DNA from: Candidatus Saccharimonadota bacterium | Lineage (GTDB): Bacteria > Patescibacteriota > Saccharimonadia > Saccharimonadales > Saccharimonadaceae | DNA length: 32,000 nt | NCBI GenBank assembly: GCA_001897305.1 | Contig: MKSO01000001.1 | Span: forward strand, 630,001-662,000 | Reading direction: 5' to 3' | Part shown: positions 7,643-20,036 of the stretch, piece after piece | Layout: every line of letters starts with the position of its first letter | Position numbering within the stretch: position 1 is the first letter of the stretch | Made by a program: the position numbers and the translations under genes | The notes under the pieces: generated by a model | The model's input: only the letters and a program-made list of their open reading frames with translations | Database searches by the model: none | Told to the model about the DNA's origin: nothing

Positions 7643-8344
7643 TTACGCGTAGGTTTGTAACGCCGCCCTGGCCGCTTCTTGTTGAGCGGCTTGCTTACTT
7701 GGACCAGTCCCCTTACTGACAAGCCGGTCACCGGCATATACACCGAGTGTAAATACTTTATCGTGGTCAGGCCCTACTTCTTCTAATACAACGTACCGCG
7801 GGGTAACGCCATCTTTTCGTTGCATCACTTCCTGCAAGTGTGACTTAGGGTCGCGCCAGCTGCCTTCTTTCAAGATACCCTCAAGCTTGCTGGCGATATG
7901 CTTCATAATAAATTCAGCGGCATCGTCGTAGCCACGCTCAAGGTAAATAGCACCAATTAAGGCCTCGAAGGCATTAGCAAGAATTTGCAGACGGGCACGT
8001 TCACTGCCCTGCTTTTCGCCGCGGCTCATACGCACCAGTGGCTCGTAGCCCAATTTTTGACCAGCATCACCAATGCTTTCGGTGCGTACCAAAGCAGCAC
8101 GCCAACTCGTTAAAATGCCTTCAGCTTCTTCATAATTTCGAAATAAAAAGTCAGTTACGACTAGTTCAAGCACAGCATCGCCTAAAAACTCGAGTCGTTC
8201 GTTGTGCTCCGAAACACTTTTGCGATGTTCATTAACATAACTACGGTGCGTCAATGCAGTTACTAATAGGTCTACGTTCGTAAATTCAAAACCCAGCTTT
8301 TCGTGTGCAAATTGTTGGTACGGAGCCGTTTGCATCCCACTCAT
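7643..8344 (-). CDS. rnc: Ribonuclease III
   Basis: NERLEFLGDAVLELVV catalytic signature and C-terminal dsRBD (GPDHDKVFTLGVY...GTGPSKQAAQQEAA). Confidence 0.95.
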   Translation of the reverse strand: MSGMQTAPYQQFAHEKLGFEFTNVDLLVTALTHRSYVNEHRKSVSEHNERLEFLGDAVLELVVTDFLFRNYEEAEGILTSWRAALVRTESIGDAGQKLGYEPLVRMSRGEKQGSERARLQILANAFEALIGAIYLERGYDDAAEFIMKHIASKLEGILKEGSWRDPKSHLQEVMQRKDGVTPRYVVLEEVGPDHDKVFTLGVYAGDRLVSKGTGPSKQAAQQEAARAALQTYA

Positions 8345-8835
8345 TACAAGTTCTCCTGCCGAATACGCTTCATGGCGAGCAGCATTAATTTACCAATATC
8401 TTCATACTCGATAGCATCGAGAGCTTCATGGAACGGAAACCACTTAATGCCATTCATCCACTCTTCCTTTTGAATAGCATTCGTATCGCCTTTGGCACGG
8501 ACCAAGTAAATTTGGGTTGTCATAAGGACGAGCTTATCGATACGACGGTAGCGGAAATGAATTTTGCCAAGCCAGCCAAGGATATCAACATCTTTAAGGC
8601 CAGCCTCTTCACCAATCTCACGTCGGGCCGTTTGCTGAGCCGTTTCACCTTCTTCGATGTGACCCTTGGGGATAGTCCAGCGGTCTTTTGCATCTTGAAT
8701 CAAAAGGATCTCAATGCCTTTTTCACCATGTCGAAAAACAATCCCACCTGCGGTTGGTTCACGGACAATTTCTTGAATAGACGGTTTTTTACGTGAAAAA
8801 TATTTCTTGAATTTATCGAACTGTGGTGCTGCCAT
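8344..8835 (-). CDS. Nudix hydrolase
   Basis: Nudix box GHIEEGETAQQTARREIGEEAGL. I prefer ATG 8835 (MAAPQFDKF), which has AAAGGA upstream. It overlaps the nusB stop and abuts the rnc start. Confidence 0.85.
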   Translation of the reverse strand: MAAPQFDKFKKYFSRKKPSIQEIVREPTAGGIVFRHGEKGIEILLIQDAKDRWTIPKGHIEEGETAQQTARREIGEEAGLKDVDILGWLGKIHFRYRRIDKLVLMTTQIYLVRAKGDTNAIQKEEWMNGIKWFPFHEALDAIEYEDIGKLMLLAMKRIRQENL

Positions 8836-9283
8836 TATCAGTTCCTTTAGCATCCTCAATCAGAGTGCGATAGGCGGTACCAAGTACTCCGTTCACAAAC
8901 TTACTTGAGTTATCGGAACCAAACGCTTTTGCAAGCTCGACTGCTTCGTTAATAGCAACCTTAGGTGGTACAACTGCCGCTTGATGCAGCAACTCGTAAA
9001 CACCTATGCGCAAAATGTTACGGTCAACCCGGGCGATCTGCTCAATAGGCCAATCGGGCGCAATTGGTTGGATTTTACCATCAAGGTCTTTTTGTTCTTT
9101 TAGAACGCCTTGCACCAATGTTTCAACAAACTTGGTGTCGTCAATTGCCGTTTCATAGCGCTCAAGATTGCGCTTCAAAATCTCTTGAATATCAACAGAC
9201 TCGTCGTGAGCTTCTTCACGAAATTCGTATTCGTAAAGTGTTTGAAGCGCGACGATGCGGCCGAGATGACGATTAGATGCCAT
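8813..9283 (-). CDS. nusB: Transcription antitermination factor NusB
   Basis: RIVALQTLYEYEF...VDRNILRIGVYELLH...VAINEAVELAKAFG...KFVNGVLG matches NusB throughout. Confidence 0.9.
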   Translation of the reverse strand: MASNRHLGRIVALQTLYEYEFREEAHDESVDIQEILKRNLERYETAIDDTKFVETLVQGVLKEQKDLDGKIQPIAPDWPIEQIARVDRNILRIGVYELLHQAAVVPPKVAINEAVELAKAFGSDNSSKFVNGVLGTAYRTLIEDAKGTDNGSTTVR

Positions 9284-9377
9284 AATGCGTTTAGTTCTCT
9301 TGTTATTGTAAATGTAGCTTTTTAGAAATTATTCTATTGTTTCAGTATACACGCGAAAGTGAAAAAGGCGCTTACGA

Positions 9378-9527
9378 TTATTTCGCAAGTGCCTTGCCAG
9401 TTTCACGGCGAGTTGTTTTCACTTTTACAGGTGACGTGCCGTTCACGCGACGAGCAAGCTCGAGACGCAAGTGACTGCGGCGGAGACCCGTTTTGCGTGG
9501 GCTGCTTTGTTTCTTTGGCTGTGCCAT
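9378..9527 (-). CDS. rpmF: 50S ribosomal protein L32 (49 aa, missed by the ORF track)
   Basis: My translation of the minus strand is MAQPKKQSSPRKTGLRRSHLRLELARRVNGTSPVKVKTTRRETGKALAK. AAGGAG lies 8 nt upstream of ATG 9527; TAA stop at 9378-9380. Confidence 0.85.
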   Translation of the reverse strand: MAQPKKQSSPRKTGLRRSHLRLELARRVNGTSPVKVKTTRRETGKALAK

Positions 9528-9657
9528 GCAAAGTACTCCTTTTCTTAGGTGTTATTACCTCTTGGGGTACATTATACCTTTTTTTCGTCTGTTACTCAAG
9601 AGGCAGCTGCGATAACAATTATGCTTTTTTGAAGCGATGTGCTATTTTAAAACTATA

Positions 9658-10200
9658 ATGAGTGCTTTACCCTTACACAAGAGCGAATCAGAATCACCCG
9701 TAGCCCACACCTCGCAACCCGACGACGAAGATACTTTTTCACACGGAGTAAGTCGAGCACGAGCCATGACCTTCGGCGCAGTTGGTGCAGCAGTTGCGGT
9801 TGGTGTTGCTGGTGGCGTCGGATACGCTCAAGCAGAGCAGCGCAATGATGCCACACGCATAGCGACGGAAAATGCACAGCAAGAACAAGAGGCTGCTGAT
9901 GCATACCAGGATTCCATTACGGAGGCAATCAATAAGACGTATGACCAAGCAGATGTCGTTGGGCCCACTTTTACACTCGAAAGTAATAACAGCATATACG
10001 GCAATGCCCTTACTTCGCTCGACACAGCGGGCATTAAAACTTCCGAAATTGACCTAGGGCCACTTGATGCATCTTCAAAACAATTGGCTTCAAAAATCCC
10101 ACAGCCTAAAGATTCATTTGCTGTTGTTGATACCGATATCGATGGTGATGGAATCAAAGAGCCTATCGTTGTACCAGAAAACCATATCTCACAGCAGTAA
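9658..10200 (+). CDS. Hypothetical membrane-anchored protein
   Basis: Single Ala/Gly/Val-rich helix MTFGAVGAAVAVGVAGGVGYA followed by an acidic extracytoplasmic region. Start uncertain (ATG 9637 or 9658). No family recognised. Confidence 0.5.
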   Translation: MSALPLHKSESESPVAHTSQPDDEDTFSHGVSRARAMTFGAVGAAVAVGVAGGVGYAQAEQRNDATRIATENAQQEQEAADAYQDSITEAINKTYDQADVVGPTFTLESNNSIYGNALTSLDTAGIKTSEIDLGPLDASSKQLASKIPQPKDSFAVVDTDIDGDGIKEPIVVPENHISQQ

Positions 10201-10214
10201 TAGCTATCGCTTTA

Positions 10215-12641
10215 CTAAATAACAATACTTACTAATCGCCCAGGTACGTAAATTACCTTCTTTGGCTCACCAGTAACAAACTTAGCCACGTTTTCGTGCG
10301 CCAATGCTTTTGCCTTAATTTCTTCAGGGTCAGTATCTTTACCGACACTTACTTCACCGCGTAATTTTCCGTTCACCTGAACAGCGATTGTAATAGTATC
10401 TTCAACCGTCAAGTCCTCGTCCCACTCTGGCCAGGTAGCATTTTGGACCAACCCCTCACCACCAAGTTGTTGCCATAGTTCATCAGCCATGTGCGGCGCG
10501 AATGGCGCTACCATTTGCACTAAGGCAGTTAACGCGTCGCGCCATGCCTCGTTTGAGAAGCCTTCAACTTTAAACTTGTACAGTTCGTTGACGTACTCCA
10601 TTAAAGCAGCAATGGCGGTATTGAAGCTTAAACGGCGAAAATCATCGGTTACCTTACGGATGGTTTTGTGCTGCACTACCCGAATAGCATCATCATGGCC
10701 AGTAAACTCTTTCGAAGCTTCTTCGTATTGTTGAACCAGCGTCCAAATACGGTTTAGGAAACGATAAATACCGGCAATACCGCGTGAATCCCAACTGGCA
10801 TCCAGTTCAATCGGCCCCATGAACAGCACGTAGGTACGTAATGCATCAGCACCATACCCTTGGTCGATAACATCCAGTGGGTCAATAACGTTACCCTTAC
10901 TCTTGCTCATCTTAGTACCATCTTCGGCATTAATATAACCATGGTAGACGAGCTTTTTAACCGGCTCTTTGAAGTTTACCAAGCCCATATCATGGAATAC
11001 ATGCGTCCAAAAACGTACATACAATAAGTGAGCTACGGCGTGGTCGCCACCTACGTAAAAATCAAGTGGGTTCCAATAGTTAATTTTTTCAGGGTCCCAA
11101 GCACGCTCAGCGTTGTGGGGGTCGCCATAACGAAGCAAATACCAGCTTGAACAAGCGTAGCCGTCCATAGTATCGGTTTCACGAAGAGCCGGCTTGCCAC
11201 ATTCTGGGCAGGTTGTTTGGACCCAATCGGTAGCACTTGCCAAAGCAGATTTACCATCACCCTTTGGTGCGTAGTCTTCTATCTCAGGCAACACAACCGG
11301 AAGTTGATCTTCAGGCACCGGTACAGCACCATGTTCTTCACAGTGAACAATAGGAATCGGCGCGCCCCAGTAACGCTGACGACTGATCAGCCAGTCACGC
11401 ATTTTGTAGGTCGTCTTTGCCGCGCCCAAACCGTTCTCTTCAAGCCAGGCGACAATCTTTTCACGAGCTTCATTACTGAGCAAACCATTGTATTTACCGG
11501 AGTTTATAAGTACACCCTCGTCGTGGTATACCTGCTCGTCATTAGCTGCCGGCTTCTCAATAACTTCAACAACTGGTAAATGATACTTTTCAGCGAAGGC
11601 GAAATCGCGCTCATCATGCGCTGGCACACCCATAACCGCACCGGTACCATAACCCCCAAGTACATAATCGGCTACCCAGATAGGAACCTGCTCGCCTGAC
11701 ACTGGGTTAATGGCATATGAACCAGTAAAGACGCCTGTCTTTTCTTTGGTATCGTTCGTACGTTCCATCTCGGACTTTTTAACAGCCTCTTTAATATAGC
11801 TCTCGGTTGCCTCTTTGAAGTCACCTTTAGCCAAACCTAAAGCAAGCGAATGCTCTGGCGCCAATACAATAAAACTTGCACCGAAAATAGTGTCGGGACG
11901 AGTCGAGAAGACGGTTATAGAACCGTCGCCTTCGACGAGCTTAAATTGAATTTCAGCGCCAACCGACTTACCAATCCAATTAGTCTGGGCCGTTTTAATT
12001 TTCTGCGGCCAGTCTAAATCTTCAATTTCATCAAGCAAGGCGTCGGCGTATTCAGTAATCTTGAAAAACCATTGCTTCATTGATTTCTTTTCAACTAAGC
12101 TGCCGCAACGCCAACAATGACCACCTTCAACCTGTTCATTCGCAAGAACTGTTTTATCAACCGGGCACCACCACTGCAGGCTCTCTTTTTGATATGCCAA
12201 GCCGCGTTCAAATAATTTCGTAAATACCCACTGGGTCCATTTGTAATATTCGGGGTCACTGGTATTAATTTCGCGCGACCAATCAATCGATACCCCCATG
12301 CGCTTGAATTGCTTTTTGAAATTAGCAATATTTTCGGCAGTTACCTTAGCAGGGGCTGTGCCGGTTTTTATGGCGTAATTCTCGGCGGGCAAACCGAATG
12401 TATCCCACCCCATTGGGTTTAGTACATTGTGGCCGTGCTGTCGATAAAAACGAGCAATGGCATCAACAATAGAATAACTAAACGCATGCCCAGTATGCAT
12501 ACCAGCACCACTGGGGTACGGGAACATTCCCGAGACATATGTCTTTACCTTCGATGTATCAACATCGACTTCATTCGCTTTTTGCTCTTCCCAAACTGCT
12601 TGCCATTTGGGTTCAATTTCTGCCGGATTGTATCGCCTCAT
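10215..12641 (-). CDS. leuS: Leucyl-tRNA synthetase
   Basis: 808 aa. HIGH-type motif PYPSGAGMHTGHAF, KMSKS motif GTKMSKSKGN, and CP1 editing-domain sequence. Confidence 0.97.
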   Translation of the reverse strand: MRRYNPAEIEPKWQAVWEEQKANEVDVDTSKVKTYVSGMFPYPSGAGMHTGHAFSYSIVDAIARFYRQHGHNVLNPMGWDTFGLPAENYAIKTGTAPAKVTAENIANFKKQFKRMGVSIDWSREINTSDPEYYKWTQWVFTKLFERGLAYQKESLQWWCPVDKTVLANEQVEGGHCWRCGSLVEKKSMKQWFFKITEYADALLDEIEDLDWPQKIKTAQTNWIGKSVGAEIQFKLVEGDGSITVFSTRPDTIFGASFIVLAPEHSLALGLAKGDFKEATESYIKEAVKKSEMERTNDTKEKTGVFTGSYAINPVSGEQVPIWVADYVLGGYGTGAVMGVPAHDERDFAFAEKYHLPVVEVIEKPAANDEQVYHDEGVLINSGKYNGLLSNEAREKIVAWLEENGLGAAKTTYKMRDWLISRQRYWGAPIPIVHCEEHGAVPVPEDQLPVVLPEIEDYAPKGDGKSALASATDWVQTTCPECGKPALRETDTMDGYACSSWYLLRYGDPHNAERAWDPEKINYWNPLDFYVGGDHAVAHLLYVRFWTHVFHDMGLVNFKEPVKKLVYHGYINAEDGTKMSKSKGNVIDPLDVIDQGYGADALRTYVLFMGPIELDASWDSRGIAGIYRFLNRIWTLVQQYEEASKEFTGHDDAIRVVQHKTIRKVTDDFRRLSFNTAIAALMEYVNELYKFKVEGFSNEAWRDALTALVQMVAPFAPHMADELWQQLGGEGLVQNATWPEWDEDLTVEDTITIAVQVNGKLRGEVSVGKDTDPEEIKAKALAHENVAKFVTGEPKKVIYVPGRLVSIVI

Positions 12642-12670
12642 ATTGTTTTAAGTATAACAGAGGAGACTGA

Positions 12671-13954
12671 TCAGCTCAATGATTCAAAAAAGGCTCGTTT
12701 CTTTTCCATCCAGTGTGGGGATTGCCGTACAAGCTGGTCCTCTTCTTCGGTAGCATGCAAAACAATTTTGACGGCTTCTTCAAGGTAAATACCACCCTGT
12801 GAACCCTTAAATAGGATAGCCGCGCCCTCTTCCATTACCTTGTGAGCATAGGCGCCGGCCTCAAGAGCGCTTTTAAAGCTCACCACGTGGCAGCCATTAG
12901 CCCTTGCTGCGGGTGCCAGGTATTTTTCGGCGTCCTCACCAACCGTAATAACATGCGCCAATTCAATTGGGTCGCACAACTTGCCAACAGCACTATGTTC
13001 AATTTCAGAGGTTTCCCCTAATTCATTCATACTTCCCAACACCGCAATGCGCTGTGGAACGTTGAGCTGATACAACGCGCGCAAAGCTGAAGCAACAGCC
13101 AATGGGCTGGAATTATACGTGTCATCGATAATAATCGACTCGTTTAAGCCTTTAAGTACGTTCATACGGCCTTTGACGGCCCTTATTTTTGCCATACCGC
13201 TAGCGACTTCGGCTTCTGACATCCCTAAACGTACGCCCACTGCGCCAGCAGCAACAGCGGCGCGGGTACTGTGCTCACCTATAACCTGTAGGGTAACTGG
13301 TACGGATACTGACCATTCCGGCGCTATAAATGCCCCCGAAAAACCACCTTCTAAGTTATAGTCTTGCGTTTCAAACCGATATTCAGCATTTTCGGTTGTG
13401 CCGTATGTATTAATATTCGGGTTAGTAATATCGGCAGCATAAACGCCAGGGATATCATCGCGGTTAATAAGGGCCGCCCGGCTGTAATTAACGGCAGACA
13501 GCTCTTCGGCCGCTACGACATCCATGGTTTTGAAAAATTCCATGTGCTCTGGGGCAACTGACGTTACGACTGCGATGTCTGGTTTTAAGTAAGTACCAAA
13601 ATGAGGGATCTGACCAGGTCTATCCGTTCCGAGTTCTTGCACAATCACGTCAACATCGGTCGGCTGTTTAATGCGGCGGCGAACTGCACGAAAGACCGTC
13701 AACCAATGCCCTAAATTACGAATATTCTCGGGGAATTCCACGCCAAGAATCGCAAGCGGCGCGCTAAGCTCTGAGTTGTGATTACCTTCATGAAGCCGAA
13801 CACGAAACTTCTCATTTAACACCGTACCGACGGCAATTTTAGTGCTTGTCTTACCAACACTACCCACCACCACAACAAGTTTTACTTCTGGATGTTTTTT
13901 GAAATAGCGTCGTACCGCTCGCTCGAGCTTTGTTTGTATATATTTTTTAAACAT
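12671..13954 (-). CDS. murF: UDP-N-acetylmuramoyl-tripeptide--D-alanyl-D-alanine ligase
   Basis: P-loop GSVGKTSTK, GNHNSELSAPLAIL (the MurF GNxNNxIGxP region), Mur ligase middle and C-terminal domains. I prefer ATG 13954 because TGgCATAAT lies 7 nt upstream. The longer track ORF overlaps the trpS start. Confidence 0.85.
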   Translation of the reverse strand: MFKKYIQTKLERAVRRYFKKHPEVKLVVVVGSVGKTSTKIAVGTVLNEKFRVRLHEGNHNSELSAPLAILGVEFPENIRNLGHWLTVFRAVRRRIKQPTDVDVIVQELGTDRPGQIPHFGTYLKPDIAVVTSVAPEHMEFFKTMDVVAAEELSAVNYSRAALINRDDIPGVYAADITNPNINTYGTTENAEYRFETQDYNLEGGFSGAFIAPEWSVSVPVTLQVIGEHSTRAAVAAGAVGVRLGMSEAEVASGMAKIRAVKGRMNVLKGLNESIIIDDTYNSSPLAVASALRALYQLNVPQRIAVLGSMNELGETSEIEHSAVGKLCDPIELAHVITVGEDAEKYLAPAARANGCHVVSFKSALEAGAYAHKVMEEGAAILFKGSQGGIYLEEAVKIVLHATEEEDQLVRQSPHWMEKKRAFFESLS

Positions 13955-14003
13955 TACGCTTATTATGCCACAAATCCCCAGATATACGCTATAATAATGG
14001 CCA

Positions 14004-15038
14004 ATGAGTAAACCTGTCATCTTAACTGGTATCCGATCAAACGAAGAGCCTACACTTGGCAATTATCTTGGTGGCATGCTGCCTATGGTAGCTCTGCAGC
14101 GCGAGCACGCCGGCGAATATCAAATTAATATGTTTGTGCCTGATCTCCACAGTTTCACCACCCCTATTGATCACGCCTCTTTATACCGCAACAGCTTAAC
14201 TAACTTAAAATACTTCATTGCAGCAGGCCTTGATCTGTCCAACCCAGACACTTTTTTATATCGCCAAAGTTACATTCCTGCCCATAGCGAGTTAACCTGG
14301 ATTCTTGACTGTTTTACCTATGTTGGCGAAATGAGCCGCATGACACAATTTAAAGAAAAATCGTCGGAACACAACGAAAGCGTAACCATGGGCTTATTCA
14401 ACTACCCCGTTTTGATGGCAGCTGATATTCTTCTGTACAATGCCAAGTATGTACCAGTTGGCGAAGACCAGTTCCAACATTTGGAAATTACCCGTGACAT
14501 CGCCACTCGTTTCAACAATAAATTTGGCGACATCTTTACCATCCCTGAAGCAACCAAACAGCAAATGAGTTTCATACAGCGCGATAATGGCCTGCGCATT
14601 CGTAGCCTGACTGACCCTACTAAAAAAATGAGCAAAAGCTCAACCGATGAAAAGTCGAAGATTCTTTTGGCCGATGATCCAGAAGTAGCTCGCAAGAAAA
14701 TTATGTCCGCCACCACTGACAGTCTAGGCGAAATTAACTTCAACTGGGAAACGCAACCTGGTATTACCAGTTTATTGCAAATCCTAGCACTGCTAGGCGG
14801 GCGCTCACAAGAAGAAGTCAATGCCGAATGGGTCGGACACACCCAGTACGGTGATTTCAAGAAAGCTGTCGCCGATGAAGTTGCCCGTTTCTTAACCGAT
14901 TTTCAAGCCCGACTGGCTACTATTACTGACGAAATTCTTTTGGCAAAGCTCGAGCAATCAGAACGTGACATGGCTATTACAGCTAACGAAACTCTTTTAC
15001 GGGCACAACGTGCGGTTGGCCTACGCCCTACTGTGTAG
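14004..15038 (+). CDS. trpS: Tryptophanyl-tRNA synthetase
   Basis: TGIRSNEEPTLGNYLGG (HIGH-region variant), KKMSKSS (KMSKS), class I TrpRS length of 344 aa. Confidence 0.95.
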   Translation: MSKPVILTGIRSNEEPTLGNYLGGMLPMVALQREHAGEYQINMFVPDLHSFTTPIDHASLYRNSLTNLKYFIAAGLDLSNPDTFLYRQSYIPAHSELTWILDCFTYVGEMSRMTQFKEKSSEHNESVTMGLFNYPVLMAADILLYNAKYVPVGEDQFQHLEITRDIATRFNNKFGDIFTIPEATKQQMSFIQRDNGLRIRSLTDPTKKMSKSSTDEKSKILLADDPEVARKKIMSATTDSLGEINFNWETQPGITSLLQILALLGGRSQEEVNAEWVGHTQYGDFKKAVADEVARFLTDFQARLATITDEILLAKLEQSERDMAITANETLLRAQRAVGLRPTV

Positions 15039-15672
15039 CCTCGCCTAAATAGCGTTCTAGGTTTTGGGCCGCCACTGTATCAAAAGCACTCGGTGTACCC
15101 ACATGCTCATGTAAGAGTGGAAGTTCATTTCGCATTTCGTTGATAGTAAATCTTACGAACTTGGCAGTTCGCTCTTTGTGGGTCTGGAGGTCGATAGGAT
15201 TACCCAATACTTCCGCCTCTTGAAATAGTGAAGTATTTGTAGCCAAGAAGCCAGCATATGGGCCGCCGATATTATCGATGTCAGCACGGTGCAAAGCGAG
15301 ACCAGCAGGACTACGGTGTTGCGTGTTATGGCGCGTGGCTAAAATTGCATCTTCTACGAAAGCAATAACCGCCGAATCGGCGCCTTGTTGCTCTAAATAG
15401 CGAGCAGCTTGATACGCTGCAAAGGCCTCTTCACTGTCGAAGCCATTTTTGGCATATTCACCACCAAACCGTACATCATGCCAGGCAGCGGCAACTATCA
15501 AACCATTGCGTTTAGCCTCTGGGAAACGATTACCCCGCCGTTCCATCCGTGCCAACAGGCCCTTGAGGGACTCCATAACCGCCTGAGCATGCCCCCAGGT
15601 GTGATATGGCAACGCGTCATTGTACTGCGATTCTGCAGCGGCGACAAAACGTTCCATTTGAGAGGTGTTCAT
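15028..15672 (-). CDS. HD-domain phosphohydrolase-like protein
   Basis: PYHTWGHAQAV...AAAWHDV gives H...HD spacing. I prefer ATG 15672 (TATACT lies 6 nt upstream). The longer track ORF runs through the tRNA-Ala gene. Confidence 0.6.
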   Translation of the reverse strand: MNTSQMERFVAAAESQYNDALPYHTWGHAQAVMESLKGLLARMERRGNRFPEAKRNGLIVAAAWHDVRFGGEYAKNGFDSEEAFAAYQAARYLEQQGADSAVIAFVEDAILATRHNTQHRSPAGLALHRADIDNIGGPYAGFLATNTSLFQEAEVLGNPIDLQTHKERTAKFVRFTINEMRNELPLLHEHVGTPSAFDTVAAQNLERYLGEATQ

Positions 15673-15765
15673 ACTTGCAGTATAGGCGGAGTTTTCAACA
15701 CCCGCAAGCATAAGGATTACACACCAAAAATAGCCAGGAATATCCTGACTATTTTGCATAAATTC

Positions 15766-15842
15766 TGGTGGAGCATATCGGATTCGAACCGATGACCTCT
15801 TCCATGCCATGGAAGCGCGCTAGCCAACTGCGCCAATGCCCC
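15766..15842 (-). tRNA. tRNA-Ala (anticodon GGC), CCA encoded
   Basis: Acceptor GGGGCAT/ATGCTCC with the G3:U70 alanine identity pair. D-arm GCGC-AGTTGGCTA-GCGC, anticodon stem CTTCC/GGAAG with loop ATGGCAT, T-arm ATCGG-TTCGAAT-CCGAT, then ACCA. Confidence 0.9.
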
Positions 15843-15858
15843 GTGGGTGCACCGGTGT

Positions 15859-15867
15859 ATTTTAGCA
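15859..15867 (-). promoter_or_regulatory. Extended -10 (TGcTAAAAT) upstream of tRNA-Ala
   Basis: Minus strand TGCTAAAAT ends 16 nt before the mature tRNA 5' end. The -35 is weak. Confidence 0.4.
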
Positions 15868-15885
15868 AAAATAAAGGGCTAGGGC

Positions 15886-15932
15886 TAGTAGCAGAAAATC
15901 GCCCCAATAATTGCGGCGATTTTCTGCTGCTG
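15886..15932 (+). other. 18-bp hairpin in a 390-nt non-coding gap
   Basis: TAGTAGCAGAAAATCGCC (15886-15903) pairs with GGCGATTTTCTGCTGCTG (15915-15932). Pairing is 16 Watson-Crick plus 2 G:U, and the G:U pairs exist only if the + strand is the RNA. The loop is 11 nt. Confidence 0.5.
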
Positions 15933-16230
15933 CGCGCCCACCCGGGGCGGCTTGCTTTTCGGAATGTGTTTGTTTTAAGCACGGGTCACCCCATGCGCAT
16001 CAGCATAGCTCTAGTATGCAACTGTTCATTAAAAAACACAAGCATCTTCACAAATATAGGCACCTACTAGTATATTTTGTCATTGTGTGCTTAACTAAGC
16101 CTGTTCAGAAGCTCACGCACAGACAGCGTATAGCGTATCTCTTCACCAAGTGATACTCTCTCGTTCGCCGAAGCGATTGCCAGCAGGTCGATCTGACATC
16201 ACTAAAAAGAATCAAGAGAGTATACATTTT

Positions 16231-16554
16231 ATGTCACAAAACTTGTTTATCGGAAGCCTTGCTTACGCAACTACCGACGACACCCTTAAAGCCTTCTTTG
16301 AGACCATTGGCGAAGTTAACAGCGCTCGCGTTGTTACCGACCGCGACACTGGCCGTTCAAAGGGCTTCGGTTTCGTTGAATTTGCTGATGAAGCAAACAA
16401 CCAAAAAGCCGTTGATGAGCTCAATGGTAAAGAACTTGATGGCCGCGCCATCAACGTTAGCCTTGCTCGTCCAAAGGAAGACCGTCCACGTCGTGATTTC
16501 AACAACGACCGTGGTGGTAACGGTGGTGGTTCTTTCCGCCAACGCAGCTGGTAA
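16231..16554 (+). CDS. RRM-type (RNP-1/RNP-2) RNA-binding protein with Gly/Arg-rich tail
   Basis: RNP-2 LFIGSL, RNP-1 KGFGFVEF, tail RGGNGGGSFRQRSW. I prefer ATG 16231; the upstream part of the track ORF looks non-coding. Confidence 0.85.
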   Translation: MSQNLFIGSLAYATTDDTLKAFFETIGEVNSARVVTDRDTGRSKGFGFVEFADEANNQKAVDELNGKELDGRAINVSLARPKEDRPRRDFNNDRGGNGGGSFRQRSW

Positions 16555-16570
16555 TCCAGTCTACCTTATA

Positions 16571-16595
16571 AAATAGCCCCGTTTGGGGCTATTTT
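16571..16595. terminator. Bidirectional terminator between the convergent RRM and PGPGW genes
   Basis: AAATAGCCCC-GTTT-GGGGCTATTT, with an A-run and a T-run on either side. Confidence 0.7.
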
Positions 16596-16603
16596 AGTGT
16601 CTA

Positions 16604-16963
16604 TTATCGAAACAAAGGCGATACAAGCCAGTCGCGGCGCAAATCAAAGATATTATTAAGTATACCGAAAGCATTAAACAGCCATAGCGTAGCAATGACC
16701 ACACTGGCCGTGAATGCTAGCACGAGTACTTTTACAACAATGTTTTGGCGCTTCAACCATGCCACCCAAGCATCGTATTTACTTTTGGCAAACTCGAGTA
16801 CTTTAGCCGCAAACGGAAATTCAGTTGCAAGTATCGCCAAGCCGCCAAATACAATTAACCAGCCTGGGCCTGGGTAGGGCACGAGGATTAACCCCAGTAA
16901 TACAACCAGCCCACCAAGGGTGCCGATAAGAACTTTTTTACTACGACGGCGAAGCTTATCCAC
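16604..16963 (-). CDS. PGPGW-family small membrane protein
   Basis: LILVPYPGPGWLIVFGGLAILATEF contains the PGPGW signature, and there are 3-4 TM helices. GTG start at 16963 with TATAAT 6 nt upstream. Confidence 0.7.
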   Translation of the reverse strand: MDKLRRRSKKVLIGTLGGLVVLLGLILVPYPGPGWLIVFGGLAILATEFPFAAKVLEFAKSKYDAWVAWLKRQNIVVKVLVLAFTASVVIATLWLFNAFGILNNIFDLRRDWLVSPLFR

Positions 16964-16975
16964 CTCTTTATTATA

Positions 16976-20019
<3,044 letters not shown>

Positions 20020-20036
<17 letters not shown>

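Noticed and set aside
9359-9658. ORF 9359-9658 (+), 99 aa
   Set aside because: The opposite strand encodes a textbook L32 with a strong SD. The + strand product is Cys/Phe-rich and implausible.
15673-15810. N-terminal extension of the HD-protein ORF to 15810
   Set aside because: It would overlap the tRNA-Ala gene (15766-15842) on the same strand, so the start was moved to ATG 15672.
15850-15990. Possible SRP (4.5S) RNA, because of GAAAAGCAAGCC on the minus strand
   Set aside because: I could not build the domain IV helix with its GNRA loop and the conserved symmetric and asymmetric loops. The resemblance is only a few bases.
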